Shown here piece by piece: positions 1-9,647 of a stretch of DNA of 64,000 nucleotides; position 1 is the first letter of the stretch; the number at the start of each line of letters is the position of its first letter. This DNA is from Terriglobia bacterium (GTDB taxonomy: Bacteria; Acidobacteriota; Terriglobia; 20CM-2-55-15). Below the pieces are notes generated by a model that was not told the DNA's origin, searched no databases, and saw nothing but the letters and a program-made list of their open reading frames with translations. Position numbers and translations under genes: made by a program. The stretch lies in assembly GCA_965218585.1 (NCBI GenBank), contig CBDCLE010000020.1, forward strand, positions 1-64,000. Reading direction: 5' to 3'.

Positions 1-681
1 GAAGGAGGAACTACTCACGAAGTCGCCTGCGGAGATGGGTTTCGAGAACACCACGGCGCGGCTACTCCTCATTAGAACTGGAAGGGGGGATGGTGTCTGG
101 ATATTCCCCCCGGTCAATGGGCGTTTTAAGAACCCCGAATACGAGAGAAAAACACTCGATGTAATCGCCGAAATGAAGGGGGTCGACCTGCTTGACGCCC
201 TCTTTGAGATTCTCGTCGAGGAAAACGGGGAGATCCATGTCGCGAACAAGATAATGGAGGACCGGAACAGCCAGTTGATGTGGTCCAACGCTATGCCGAG
301 TACCGATGGTGGAAGCACAGCCAGGCCAGGTGAATCCGATCGACGGGTCCGCCCAAGCGGGTATAGCGGATTCAGTGACGCTCTGATCTGGGTCAGGGAA
401 GAGAGGCTGGTTCCAATTGAGGACATGGTGAGGAAAATGACATCGTTGGCGGCACACGCCCTCCGCTCCCGGACAGAGGTCTAATCAAGGAAGGCTTTCG
501 GGCGGATATCACCGTATTTGATCTCGACAACGTCACCAGTCTTTCCAACTACGAGAACGACGCGATGCCCGGATACCCCTTAGGGATACCCTATGTCATC
601 GTCAACGGCGTGCCGGTGATCGATAACAATCAATTGACAGAAGCTCTGCCAGGAGACGTGTTGAGACACTCCACTGGCTAA
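1..681 (+). pseudogene. N-acyl-D-amino-acid deacylase / amidohydrolase, C-terminal part (5' end outside window), with a 1-nt frameshift near 463-466
   Basis: ORF 35..484 has STDG and VREERLVPIEDMVRKMTSLAA. A second frame continues LPDRGLIKEGFRADITVFD...GIPYVIVNGVPVID...PGDVLRH to TAA at 679-681, the typical deacylase C-terminus. Could be a sequencing error. Confidence 0.75.
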
Positions 682-749
682 AAAGACTACAGAAAGTAGT
701 TAGCGACAATCAGGCAGGCACCTGCCTGGTAACCGCCTAACCGGATCGA

Positions 750-1992
750 TTAGCCTGGAGGCTGAACGTCTCCGACTGCTGGTTCGAGCCTGAAGATTTT
801 CGACAGGGAATCTCCTTCCAGGTTCTCGTTCGTCAGGTAGATGAGTCCGTCTGGTCCCTGGCGCACTTCCCGGATCCGGCCCAGCACGCCGCCGAGCAGT
901 GTCTCTACGCTCACCCCAGTCTGCCCTCCGTTTAGGGTAACTCGGCCGAGTTGCTCGCCAGCCAGCCCACCAACAAAAACGTTTCCTTTCCACCACGGGA
1001 ATCGATCGCCAGAGTAAATCATCAAACCCGAGATGCCGATCGAGGGAATCCAGGCGAAGCGGGGCGACTCCATCCCTTGCCGTTCGGTTTCGATGGTAAA
1101 GACTTCACCGGTGTAGTGAATGCCATAGGAAACCACGGGCCAACCATAGTTTCCACCGCAGACAATGAGGTTCAACTCATCACCCCCCCTGGGACCGTGT
1201 TCGTTCGACCAGACCTGGCCTGTTTCCGGATGCAGAGCAAGGCCCTGCATGTTTCGGTGCCCGTAGCTCCAGATTTCGGGGAGTGCGTCCCCACGGCCGA
1301 CGAAGGGGTTGTCAGCTGGAATCCCGCCGTCGTCGTGAAGCCGAACGATTGTGCCCATGTGGTTCGTCAGATCCTGTGCCGGATGGTTCGCCATCAGGTC
1401 GGGAGTGACCATTCGCTCTCCCACCGCGACGAAAAGGTAGCCGTTCTGGTCAAAGACCATCCGCCCGGAAAAGTGGTTGTTGTTGTCGCCCCAGGCGTTC
1501 GACTCGAAGATTTCCTCGACGTCCACAACCCTGTTTCCCTCTAGCCGGCCGCGAACAACAGTAGTTGTACCTTGGGAGCCGTCCTCGTTGGGCTTCCCGT
1601 AGGTCAGGTAAAGCAACCGGTTGGTGGCGAAGTCGGGATGGGGAACAACATCCATGAACCCTCCCTGGCCCGCCTGTTTATAAACACGCGGGCCAACCGG
1701 AAACCGGTTCCGGTTCGAGTTGCCCATCACGGACGATCCTCAGCCGGCCCGGCCGCTCGGTCACGAGCATCTCGCCACTCGGCAGCCAGGCGATGGACCA
1801 TGGGTTTTCCAGTCCCTCGGCGACGGTTATCAACTGAAAGCTGTGACGGGCCGACTCGTAGACGACAGGCAAGGGTGCGTCAGCGGTGTCGTTGACGGAT
1901 TGGGAAGATTGCCCCAGCGCCTGGGCAGACGCTATCAGCCCGAAGGCCAACACACCAGTCAGCGTACGAGGGGAAAGCGAATTCCACATCAT
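750..1992 (-). pseudogene. PQQ-dependent soluble aldose sugar dehydrogenase (YliI/GSDH family), split by a 1-nt frameshift near 1690-1695
   Basis: N-terminal ORF 1678..1992 has a signal peptide and [27 protein letters not shown]-terminal ORF 750..1730 has GQGGFMDV, HFSGR, SYGHRNMQGL, EHGPRGGDELN, GRIREVRQGPDG. Confidence 0.85.
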
Positions 1993-2206
1993 CTTGGACG
2001 AATCTCCATTGCTGAATACGTGTCAGCGGAGTCTATCACCACGGGCCTTGTGACTGGAAAAGCAAAAAAGGCGATTCGGCAACTGGCCGTTACGAATTCA
2101 TTCGCTTCCAGGATCGGTTAACTCGCCGTGGGTCGCACGCAGCCCGCTGCTAGGGGTGGGGAGGAATCACGGATGTGTAGTGCCGTAGTACGCGGTCGCT
2201 CTCAAC

Positions 2207-2225
2207 CTTGAAAATGATTCTCAAG
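2207..2225. promoter_or_regulatory. Palindromic Fur/PerR-box-like site between divergent genes
   Basis: CTTGAAAATGATTCTCAAG is a near-perfect 9-1-9 dyad resembling the TGANAATNATTNTCA Fur-family box. It overlaps a half copy of the dif-like repeat. Confidence 0.4.
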
Positions 2226-2425
2226 TCCTGACCGGATGCTGGGACCGCTACGGCGATAAGTTTTGATCCCTCTATCCGTCTCCTGTAACCTGTAAACAAT
2301 TTTCGAGGACAGGACTGAAACTAGGATGGCGGCCACAGGTCGCTGACCCAGTGAGGGACCTTCATGACTGTGAATGCGGTTTATGCGGGGGCGTCGGACA
2401 TCATTTGTGACCTAGGAGGTTTGAG

Positions 2426-4480
2426 GTGAAACGGACAAACGGTTTTTCTACTTACGGGTTTGGGCTCGTAGTACTGACGGTTTTTACCAGTTTCTTGTTA
2501 CTGGCCTCGGAGGCGAGTGCCCAGGATGAGCGGCTCTCACTCGAAAAGTACCTGGACATGGAGTCGGTGGCTAATCCTCAGATTTCCCCTGACGGTTCCC
2601 GGATCATCTACACGCGCCAGTGGGTGGACAACGTCAATGACCGCAATCAGTCCTCGCTCTGGATCATGAACAGCGATGGTAGCAGGAACCGGCACCTCCT
2701 GGAAGGAAGCGGTGCGCGGTGGTCTCCAGACGGTACCCGAATCCTGTTTACCAGACAGGGCGAGCCGAGCGGTTCTCAGGTCTTCGTCCGGTGGATGGAC
2801 GATGAAGGAGCGGTCTCCCAGATCACGCACCTGGAGAACGGGCCTTCCAACCCACGCTGGTCTCCCGACGGGGAGTCGATCGCCTTTACGAGTCAGGTCG
2901 ACGAGCGTGGAGATTTTGTGAACGTTCGACTGCCGAGCCGTCCCGACGGTGCGACCTGGACGGGTCCGCCAAAGGTTGTGGAGCGCATGCGATACAAGCG
3001 AGACCGCCGGGGTTACATCGACACCGGTTGGACGCACATCTTCGTTGTGCCGGCAGAGGGGGGCACTTCGCGCCAGCTCACCGACGGCAATTGGAACCAC
3101 AACGGTATCGCGTGGAGCCAGGACGGTTCTCAAGTCTACTTCACTTCCTACCGCACCGAAGACTGGGACCGCCCCGAGAACGAAGGGCAATCGGAGATCT
3201 ACTCTGTGAACGTCGCGACTGAGGAGATTTCCCAGCTTACCGATCGGCGGGGTGCCGACGGCGGGCCGGTGCCCTCCCCCGACGGACAACTCATCGCCTA
3301 TAGAGCGGGGGATGATCACAAGGACATGTACCGTAACCAACGCATCTACGTAATGAACCCGGATGGATCGGGCTCACGCCTGATTTCGGGCGACTACGAC
3401 CGCCAGTCCGGTAATCTCCAGTGGGCTTCCGACAGCAGTGGGCTCTACTTCAGTGTTTCGCGCGAGGGTTACCGGAGCCTCCACTTCGTGTCGGTAGACG
3501 GCGGCGTCACTCAACTCACCGAGGGCGAACAGCTTCTCACGCTGTCGTCCTTCTCCGATAACGGCATGGCGGTCGGAACGATCTCGAGTGCGTACGAGCC
3601 GGGCGACATCTACAGCTTCTCCCTTTCGAACCCCGACGATGCCACGCGCCTCACCGAGGTAAACGCCGACGTGTTGCACAGGATCACGCTCGGTGAAGTC
3701 GAGGAAATCTGGTACGACTCCGATCCTTTCCAGGTCCAGGGTTGGCTTGTGAAGCCCCCGGATTTCGATCCGTCACGGGAGTATCCGCTGATGCTCGCTA
3801 TCCACGGTGGACCCGCTGCCATGTACAACGGAGGGTTCAACTTCGCGTTCCAGGAACACGCGGCGAACGACTATGTCGTCCTGTACACGAACCCACGGGG
3901 TAGCACGGGATACGGTTCGGAGTTCGCCAACGATATCCTGCACGATTACCCGGGTGTCGATATGCAGGATCTGATGAGGGGCGTCGACGAGGCAGTCGAT
4001 ACGGGCTACGTTGACGAGGACAATCTCTTCCTCTACGGGTGCTCAGGAGGGGGGATCCTCACGACTTACATCGTCGGCAACACGGACCGGTTCGCTGCGG
4101 CGTCGGCGCACTGCGCGATCGTGAACTGGATGTCCGCCATGGGTACCTCCGACATGGCTAGTCAAACACGCACGTTCGAACAGCCCTTCTGGGAAGATCC
4201 GACGGAGTGGATCGATCGTTCCTCGATCTTTTATGTAGGAAACGTCACGACCCCAACGATGCTCATGACGGGTGAGAATGACCTTCGCACCCCGATCGGT
4301 CAGGCCGAGGAGTTCTATCAGGCACTCCAGCACCTGGACGTACCTACGGTCATGGTCCGATTCAAGGATGAATGGCATGGCACGACTTCGCGTCCTTCCA
4401 ACTTCATGCGAACACAGCTGTACTTGAGAAAGTGGTTCGAAGAGTGGGGCAGCCATGAACCATTAGGAACCACTCCGTAA
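2426..4480 (+). CDS. S9 family (acylaminoacyl/dipeptidyl) peptidase, secreted
   Basis: Signal peptide, PD40/TolB-like repeats (SPDG), IHGGP, NPRGSTGYG, catalytic GCSGGG, DLRTP and WHG. RBS AGGAGG precedes the GTG start. Confidence 0.93.
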   Translation: MKRTNGFSTYGFGLVVLTVFTSFLLLASEASAQDERLSLEKYLDMESVANPQISPDGSRIIYTRQWVDNVNDRNQSSLWIMNSDGSRNRHLLEGSGARWSPDGTRILFTRQGEPSGSQVFVRWMDDEGAVSQITHLENGPSNPRWSPDGESIAFTSQVDERGDFVNVRLPSRPDGATWTGPPKVVERMRYKRDRRGYIDTGWTHIFVVPAEGGTSRQLTDGNWNHNGIAWSQDGSQVYFTSYRTEDWDRPENEGQSEIYSVNVATEEISQLTDRRGADGGPVPSPDGQLIAYRAGDDHKDMYRNQRIYVMNPDGSGSRLISGDYDRQSGNLQWASDSSGLYFSVSREGYRSLHFVSVDGGVTQLTEGEQLLTLSSFSDNGMAVGTISSAYEPGDIYSFSLSNPDDATRLTEVNADVLHRITLGEVEEIWYDSDPFQVQGWLVKPPDFDPSREYPLMLAIHGGPAAMYNGGFNFAFQEHAANDYVVLYTNPRGSTGYGSEFANDILHDYPGVDMQDLMRGVDEAVDTGYVDEDNLFLYGCSGGGILTTYIVGNTDRFAAASAHCAIVNWMSAMGTSDMASQTRTFEQPFWEDPTEWIDRSSIFYVGNVTTPTMLMTGENDLRTPIGQAEEFYQALQHLDVPTVMVRFKDEWHGTTSRPSNFMRTQLYLRKWFEEWGSHEPLGTTP

Positions 4481-4979
4481 CGACAGAGAGCGGATCGCTA
4501 GGAAACCGAGGGAGGTATGCCGGCAACCCGCCATGAGACTGGTGTCTTCTGCGTAGGAGCTGACTGACCATGAAGAGAGCCACGATCGCCGGGGGGGTGC
4601 TCGCCATCGTTCTGGTTCTCTTCGTCCTGTCCACCGGCCGCCGGGACCGCGAGCAGGACGTCGACCCCGGGGTGGCCACCGTGCCCGCAATCCCCCCCTC
4701 GACCGCGGCGGCGGCCCACCAGGGCTTTCTCTACGGCCGCATCACCACCGATGAGGGCGCCACCTACGAGGGGCGGCTGCGCTGGGGGGGCGACGAGGAG
4801 GCGTTCTGGGGCGACTACTTCAACGGCTTCAAGGACGAGAATCCCTGGGTTTCCCACGCGCCGCCCGAGCAGTGTTGATTTGCACCCAAAACTGATCCAC
4901 TTAAAGCGGGTATTTGCATCGAAATTTGACCCACGTGTATACCCATTCCTGCCGATTAACAGAGCAGGAGGGCAAAGGA

Positions 4980-6506
4980 GTGATAGACGTGGCGATATTG
5001 AGTGTGATCAGACGCTGGCATGTACGAGAGGGCGTATCGATTCGAGAGATCAGCAGGCGAACGAAGCTGTCGCGCAATACGATCCGGAAGCACTTGGCGA
5101 ACGGCGCTCTGGAGGCGGTCTATCCGAAGCGCAGGAGCCGGAGCAAAGTGGACGGCTACGCCGAGTTGCTGGCGTCGTGGCTGAAGCGGGAATCGGCCCG
5201 GGGTCGCAAGGAGCGGCGTAATCTCAAGCAGCTGCACGGCGAGTTGATGAAGCTTGGCTACACGGGGTCCTATGACCGTGTGGCGGCGTTTGCGCGGGTA
5301 TGGCGGCGCCAACAGCAAGAAGCCTCGAAGGTGAGCCGGGACACGTTCGTGCCGCTGGTGTTTGCGCCCGGCGAAGCGTTCCAGTTCGACTGGAGCGAGG
5401 ACTGGGTGGTCATCGGCGGTGAACGCACGAAGCTGATGGTGGCGCAGTTCAAACTCTGCCACAGCCGGGCGTTCATGCTGCGGGCTTATCCGCTACAGTC
5501 CCACGAGATGCTGTTCGACGCCCACAACTATTGTCTGGCGGCGTTGGGCGGTGTGCCCCGGCGGGGCATCTACGACAACATGAAGACAGCGGTGGACCGA
5601 GTGGGCCGAGGGAAGGCCCGGGTGGTCAACGCCCGGTTCAAGGCGATGGTGAGCCATTTCCTGTTCGAAGCGGAGTTCTGCACGCCTGGCGCCGGATGGG
5701 AGAAAGGCCAGATCGAGAAGAACGTCCGGGACGCGCGGCCCCGTCTGTTCCATGACGCGCCTGGGTTTGCTGGCTTCCGTGACGTGAACGTGTGGCTTGA
5801 GCGGCGATGCCGGGGTCTCTGGGACGAGATCCATCACCCGGAGCAGCCCCAGCGTACAGTCGCCGAGGTCTGGGCCGATGAGCACGCGCATCTGATGCGC
5901 ATGCCGACGCCGTTCGATGGCTTTGTCGAGCACACCAAGCGTGTTTCTCCGGCCTGCCTTATCGCCTTCGCGCGTAATCGCTACAGCGTGCCGGCCGCGT
6001 TTGCCAACCGGCCGGTCAGTGTCCGCGTCTACGCCGAACGCATCGTAATTGCCGCCGAAGGCCAGGTCATCGCTGAGCATCCGCGGGTGATCGCGCGCGG
6101 GCGCGACTGCCGGTCAGGGCGAACCGTCTACGACTGGCGCCACTACCTGAGCGTCCTCCAACGAAAACCGGGCGCGTTGAGGAACGGCGCTCCCTTCGCC
6201 GAGCTTCCCCAACCTTTCAAGCGCCTCCAGGCGGCGCGGCTCAAGCGACCTGGCGGGGACCGGGAGATGGTGGAGATCCTGGCGCTGGTGCTGCACCACG
6301 ATGAGCCGGCGGTGCTGCGTGCCGCCGAGATCGCACTCGCAGCCGGGGCCGCCTCCAAGCAACATGTGCTCAATATCTTGAGCCGGTTACTGGAAGCCTC
6401 GCCGCCCAGCCTCATCGATATACCCGATGCGTTGACACTGCTCAATGAACCGAAGGCCGATGTTCATCGCTACGACCGCTTGAGAGGAGATGGCCATGTC
6501 ATCTGA
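4980..6506 (+). CDS. istA: IS21 transposase IstA
   Basis: N-terminal HTH ([18 protein letters not shown]), [34 protein letters not shown] start at 4980 after GGAG. Confidence 0.95.
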   Translation: MIDVAILSVIRRWHVREGVSIREISRRTKLSRNTIRKHLANGALEAVYPKRRSRSKVDGYAELLASWLKRESARGRKERRNLKQLHGELMKLGYTGSYDRVAAFARVWRRQQQEASKVSRDTFVPLVFAPGEAFQFDWSEDWVVIGGERTKLMVAQFKLCHSRAFMLRAYPLQSHEMLFDAHNYCLAALGGVPRRGIYDNMKTAVDRVGRGKARVVNARFKAMVSHFLFEAEFCTPGAGWEKGQIEKNVRDARPRLFHDAPGFAGFRDVNVWLERRCRGLWDEIHHPEQPQRTVAEVWADEHAHLMRMPTPFDGFVEHTKRVSPACLIAFARNRYSVPAAFANRPVSVRVYAERIVIAAEGQVIAEHPRVIARGRDCRSGRTVYDWRHYLSVLQRKPGALRNGAPFAELPQPFKRLQAARLKRPGGDREMVEILALVLHHDEPAVLRAAEIALAAGAASKQHVLNILSRLLEASPPSLIDIPDALTLLNEPKADVHRYDRLRGDGHVI

Positions 6507-7269
6507 ATCTCTGGTCAGCGCGCTGAGGTCGCTCAAACTCCATGGCATGGCGCAAGCGGTCGATGAACTCGCGCGGCAAGGCGCTCCGGCTTTCTCAAAC
6601 ATAGAGCCCATGCTCCACACCTTAACCGAGGCCGAGGTCGCCGAGCGCGAGGTCCGCTCCATCAACTACCAGATGAGGACCGCCCGCTTCCCAGCCTATC
6701 GCGACCTCTCCAACTTCGACTTCAATGAAAGCCCCGTTGATGAGGCACTGCTCAGCTCACTGTATCGATGTGACTTCGTCGCCGACGCTCACAACATCGT
6801 GATGATCGGCGGACCGGGCACCGGCAAGACCCATCTCGCCACGGCCATCGGCGTGCAGGCCATCACTCACCATCGCCTCAGAGTCCGGTTCTTCTCCACT
6901 ATCGAACTCGTCAACACGCTGGAACAGGAGAAAGCCAAGGGTAAGACTGGGCAGATCGCCAACCGGCTCCTGCAAGTCGATTTGGTCATTCTCGATGAAC
7001 TCGGCTATCTGCCGTTCTCGCAGGCCGGCGGCGCCTTGCTGTTCCACCTGCTGAGCAAACTCTACGAGCGCACCCGCAGGGTCCTCACCACCAACCTTGC
7101 CTTCGGTGAATGGCCCCGGGTCTTCAACGACACGAAGATGACCGCCGCGCTGCTCGACCGCCTCACCCACCATTGCCACATCGTCGAAACCGGCAATGAC
7201 AGTTACCGTTTTAGAAACAGTTCCACACACACAAAGGAGACTAAACCCCGGAAAAACCCCAACCCATGA
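6490..7269 (+). CDS. istB: IS21 helper ATPase IstB
   Basis: Walker [12 protein letters not shown], Walker [23 protein letters not shown]. Confidence 0.96.
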   Translation: MAMSSESLVSALRSLKLHGMAQAVDELARQGAPAFSNIEPMLHTLTEAEVAEREVRSINYQMRTARFPAYRDLSNFDFNESPVDEALLSSLYRCDFVADAHNIVMIGGPGTGKTHLATAIGVQAITHHRLRVRFFSTIELVNTLEQEKAKGKTGQIANRLLQVDLVILDELGYLPFSQAGGALLFHLLSKLYERTRRVLTTNLAFGEWPRVFNDTKMTAALLDRLTHHCHIVETGNDSYRFRNSSTHTKETKPRKNPNP

Positions 7270-8378
7270 GCCATAATCCGGCTCTCTAACCCGGGTCAAT
7301 TTTCAATGCAAAACCCGGATCACTTTTCCGTGCAAATTAACACGAGCAGCTCAAGGAGCGCCGCTCGATCAAGATCTTCGGCGTCGAGATCGCCAGCCGG
7401 GAGCGCCAGATCGACCTCGGCCGGCCTTTCATGGGGCGCCTGGGCGACATCGCGCGCATCGAGGCGGGGGGGCGTGACATTCGGGTGACTCTCAAGAGCG
7501 GGACCGTGTTCAACCTCGACCGCTTCTCCGCCGACGACTTCGCTGACGGCCTGCGAGTGTGGGACCCCAGGCGCGGCGTTGTGGATTTCAACGAGCGGCA
7601 GATCGGCATCGTCGAGCTTCTCCCCACCGCCCGACTAGACGCCGCCCCCGACCGGCTGCACGGTATGGTGCGCACGCCCCAGGGCGACTTTACCGGATTC
7701 GTCCAGTGGAACCGGGAAGAGGGCGTCGGTACGGACGAACTCGACGGCCACACCGCCGACGGTGAGCTGCTCAACCTTCCTTTCGACACCATCCGCTCCA
7801 TCGCGCGCGACTCGAGCGACAGTTCCCTCGTGACGCTCCTCGACGGGGGCGACATCGTCCTCTCCGGCACCCGCGAAGCCGGCCAAGGCAACCGCGGGAT
7901 CTACGTCGACGACCGGCGCTACGGCCGGGTCCTGGTTTCCTGGGGCGCCTTCAAGCGCGTCGACTTCAGTCCCGGCGGCAGCGGCCCCGCCTTCGGCGAC
8001 TTCCCGCCGGGGAGCCCACTCACGGGCAGCGTTACCACCCGCACCGGCCGCCGCCTCGTCGGTCGGCTGGTCTACGACCTCGACGAGAGCGAGACCACCG
8101 AGACGCTCGACGCCCCATCTGAGGGCGTGGACTACACCATCCCCTTCGGCCTGATCGCCTCGATCGTGCTCCCCGGCGGCGAAGAGAGCGCCCAGCGTGC
8201 CGGGGTGATCCTCCATAGCGGCGAGGAGCTGGGGCTCGAGCCGACCGGCGACCTCAGCGAGGGGAATACCGGCATGCTGATCTTCGTCGACGGCAGCGAG
8301 CGCCCCGAGTACGTGCTTTGGACCGACGTCGAGCGGGTCGACTTCGACTACCCGCCGGCGATGTACCCCCCGCTCTAG

Positions 8379-8995
8379 TCGAGAACCCCCACTTCCACGC
8401 GCAAAACGTTTACGCCATAGTAATAAGCACGTTAGCGCGATTCGAGCAGGCATTGGGACGTCGCCTCCGGTGGGGGTTTCGCGGCCATCAGATCAAGGTC
8501 GTCCCACATGCGTTCGCCGATGCCAACGCCTATTATTTGCGCGATGACGAAGCCTTGATGTTCGGCTGCTTTCCAGGCAGCTGTGGCACCGCGTTCACCT
8601 GCCTGTCCCACGACATCGTCGCCCATGAGGCCGCTCACGCATTAATTGACGGACTGAGGCGCAACTAACCGCTGCCTTCATCCCCGCAGCAGGCCGCCTT
8701 CCACGAAGGTTTTGCTGATGTTGTGGCCTTGCTTTCAGTTTTCAAACAGCGTGAGGTCGTGGACGCTGTGCTCAAACCTGCGGATGAGTACCATAGTAGC
8801 GGTCTTGTCATCGATAAGAGCGCCTTGACCGTGGCTCGGCTCCGGAAAACCGCCCTAATCGAGCTGGCAGAGGAAATGGGGGAGGAGCTCTCTGGAGTGC
8901 GAGGCGACGCTACGTCTGTGATACCGACCTGGGTAGATTCTGTTCGGCAAGTTGCGTCGAAACTCACCAAACCAGGAGGGCGTCAGGTTCGTTAG
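8379..8995 (+). pseudogene. Internal fragment of an HExxH (M4/gluzincin-like) metallopeptidase with in-frame stop
   Basis: NAYY...SHDIVAHEAAHALIDGLR, then TAA at 8666-8668, then the same frame continues QAAFHEGFADVVALLS (third Zn ligand motif). No start codon; homology appears to end near 8910. Confidence 0.75.
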
Positions 8996-9032
8996 GGATC
9001 GCGTGGAAGAGATCAAATCTAAGATCTACCTA

Positions 9033-9445
9033 GGACGTGTTAACACTAATGAGCATGAATGTTTTATAATCAGGCATGGAGATCACACAGGAGCAGTATT
9101 GTCGCATCGAGCCGGAACTGCCGCGTCAGCGGGGCAACGTCAGTCTTTCGAACCTGACGGTCTTGAACGCCATTTTGTATGTGGCTGAGCAGGGCTGCAA
9201 GTGGCGCGGTCTGCCCAAGCGCTTTGGCAACTGGCACACCATCTACACCCGGATGAACCGCTGGTCCAAGAACGGGGTGCTCGACGCCGTCTTCGAAAAA
9301 CTCCAGCGCGAGCAACTGGTGCGCATCCGGGTGGAAGCCGTTTCGATGGACTCGACCATTGTGAAGGTGCATCCCGACGGCACGGGAGCGTTAAAAAAAA
9401 CGGTCCGCAAGCGATCGGCAAATCCCGCGGTGTGTTAACACGCCC
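9033..9445 (+). mobile_element. Internally deleted IS5-family (IS427-like) element with both ends
   Basis: IRs GGACGTGTTAACAC / GTGTTAACACGCCC, each flanked by TA. orfA 9076..9438 (GCKWRGLPKRFGNWHTIYTRMNRW, DST). The slippery TTAAAAAAAAC is followed by only NGPQAIGKSRG before the right IR. Confidence 0.88.
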
Positions 9446-9483
9446 TAAGGGGAACAGGGCCTAACTCTTTTCTACTCAACCAG

Positions 9484-9556
9484 TGGACCTGAGGGGGATC
9501 GAACCCCTGACCTCCTGACTGCCAGTCAGGCGCGCTCCCAGCTGCGCCACAGGCCC
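9484..9556 (-). tRNA. tRNA-Ala (GGC)
   Basis: GGGCCTGTGGCGCAGCTGGGAGCGCGCCTGACTGGCAGTCAGGAGGTCAGGGGTTCGATCCCCCTCAGGTCCA forms a cloverleaf with a G3:U70 pair and anticodon GGC. CCA is not encoded. Confidence 0.97.
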
Positions 9557-9647
9557 AGACATTTGGTTTCATCCTAAGCGAAAAGGGAAGGACGGGTCAA
9601 TTGAAGCCAGGGGTCCTCGAATCGCTGTCTTTACTCCATCCGAATCC

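Larger units (their letters stand above)
4873..7342 (+). mobile_element. IS21-family insertion sequence (2470 bp)
   Basis: Terminal IRs TGTTGATTTGCAC / GTGCAAATTAACA with internal repeated copies at both ends. 7-bp target duplication CGAGCAG at 4866-4872 and 7343-7349. Contains istA-istB. Confidence 0.96.
4570..8378 (+). pseudogene. Membrane-anchored hypothetical protein (about 443 aa when rejoined) interrupted by IS21
   Basis: 4570..4872 and 7350..8378 join in frame (HAPPEQ|LKERRSIKIFG) after removing the IS and one copy of the 7-bp duplication. RBS AGGAG and N-terminal TM helix. Confidence 0.88.

Noticed and set aside
8666-8668. Programmed readthrough or recoding at the in-frame stops (also the kinase stop near 51744)
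   Set aside because: The stops are TAA and lie in already truncated fragments, so they look like ordinary nonsense decay.
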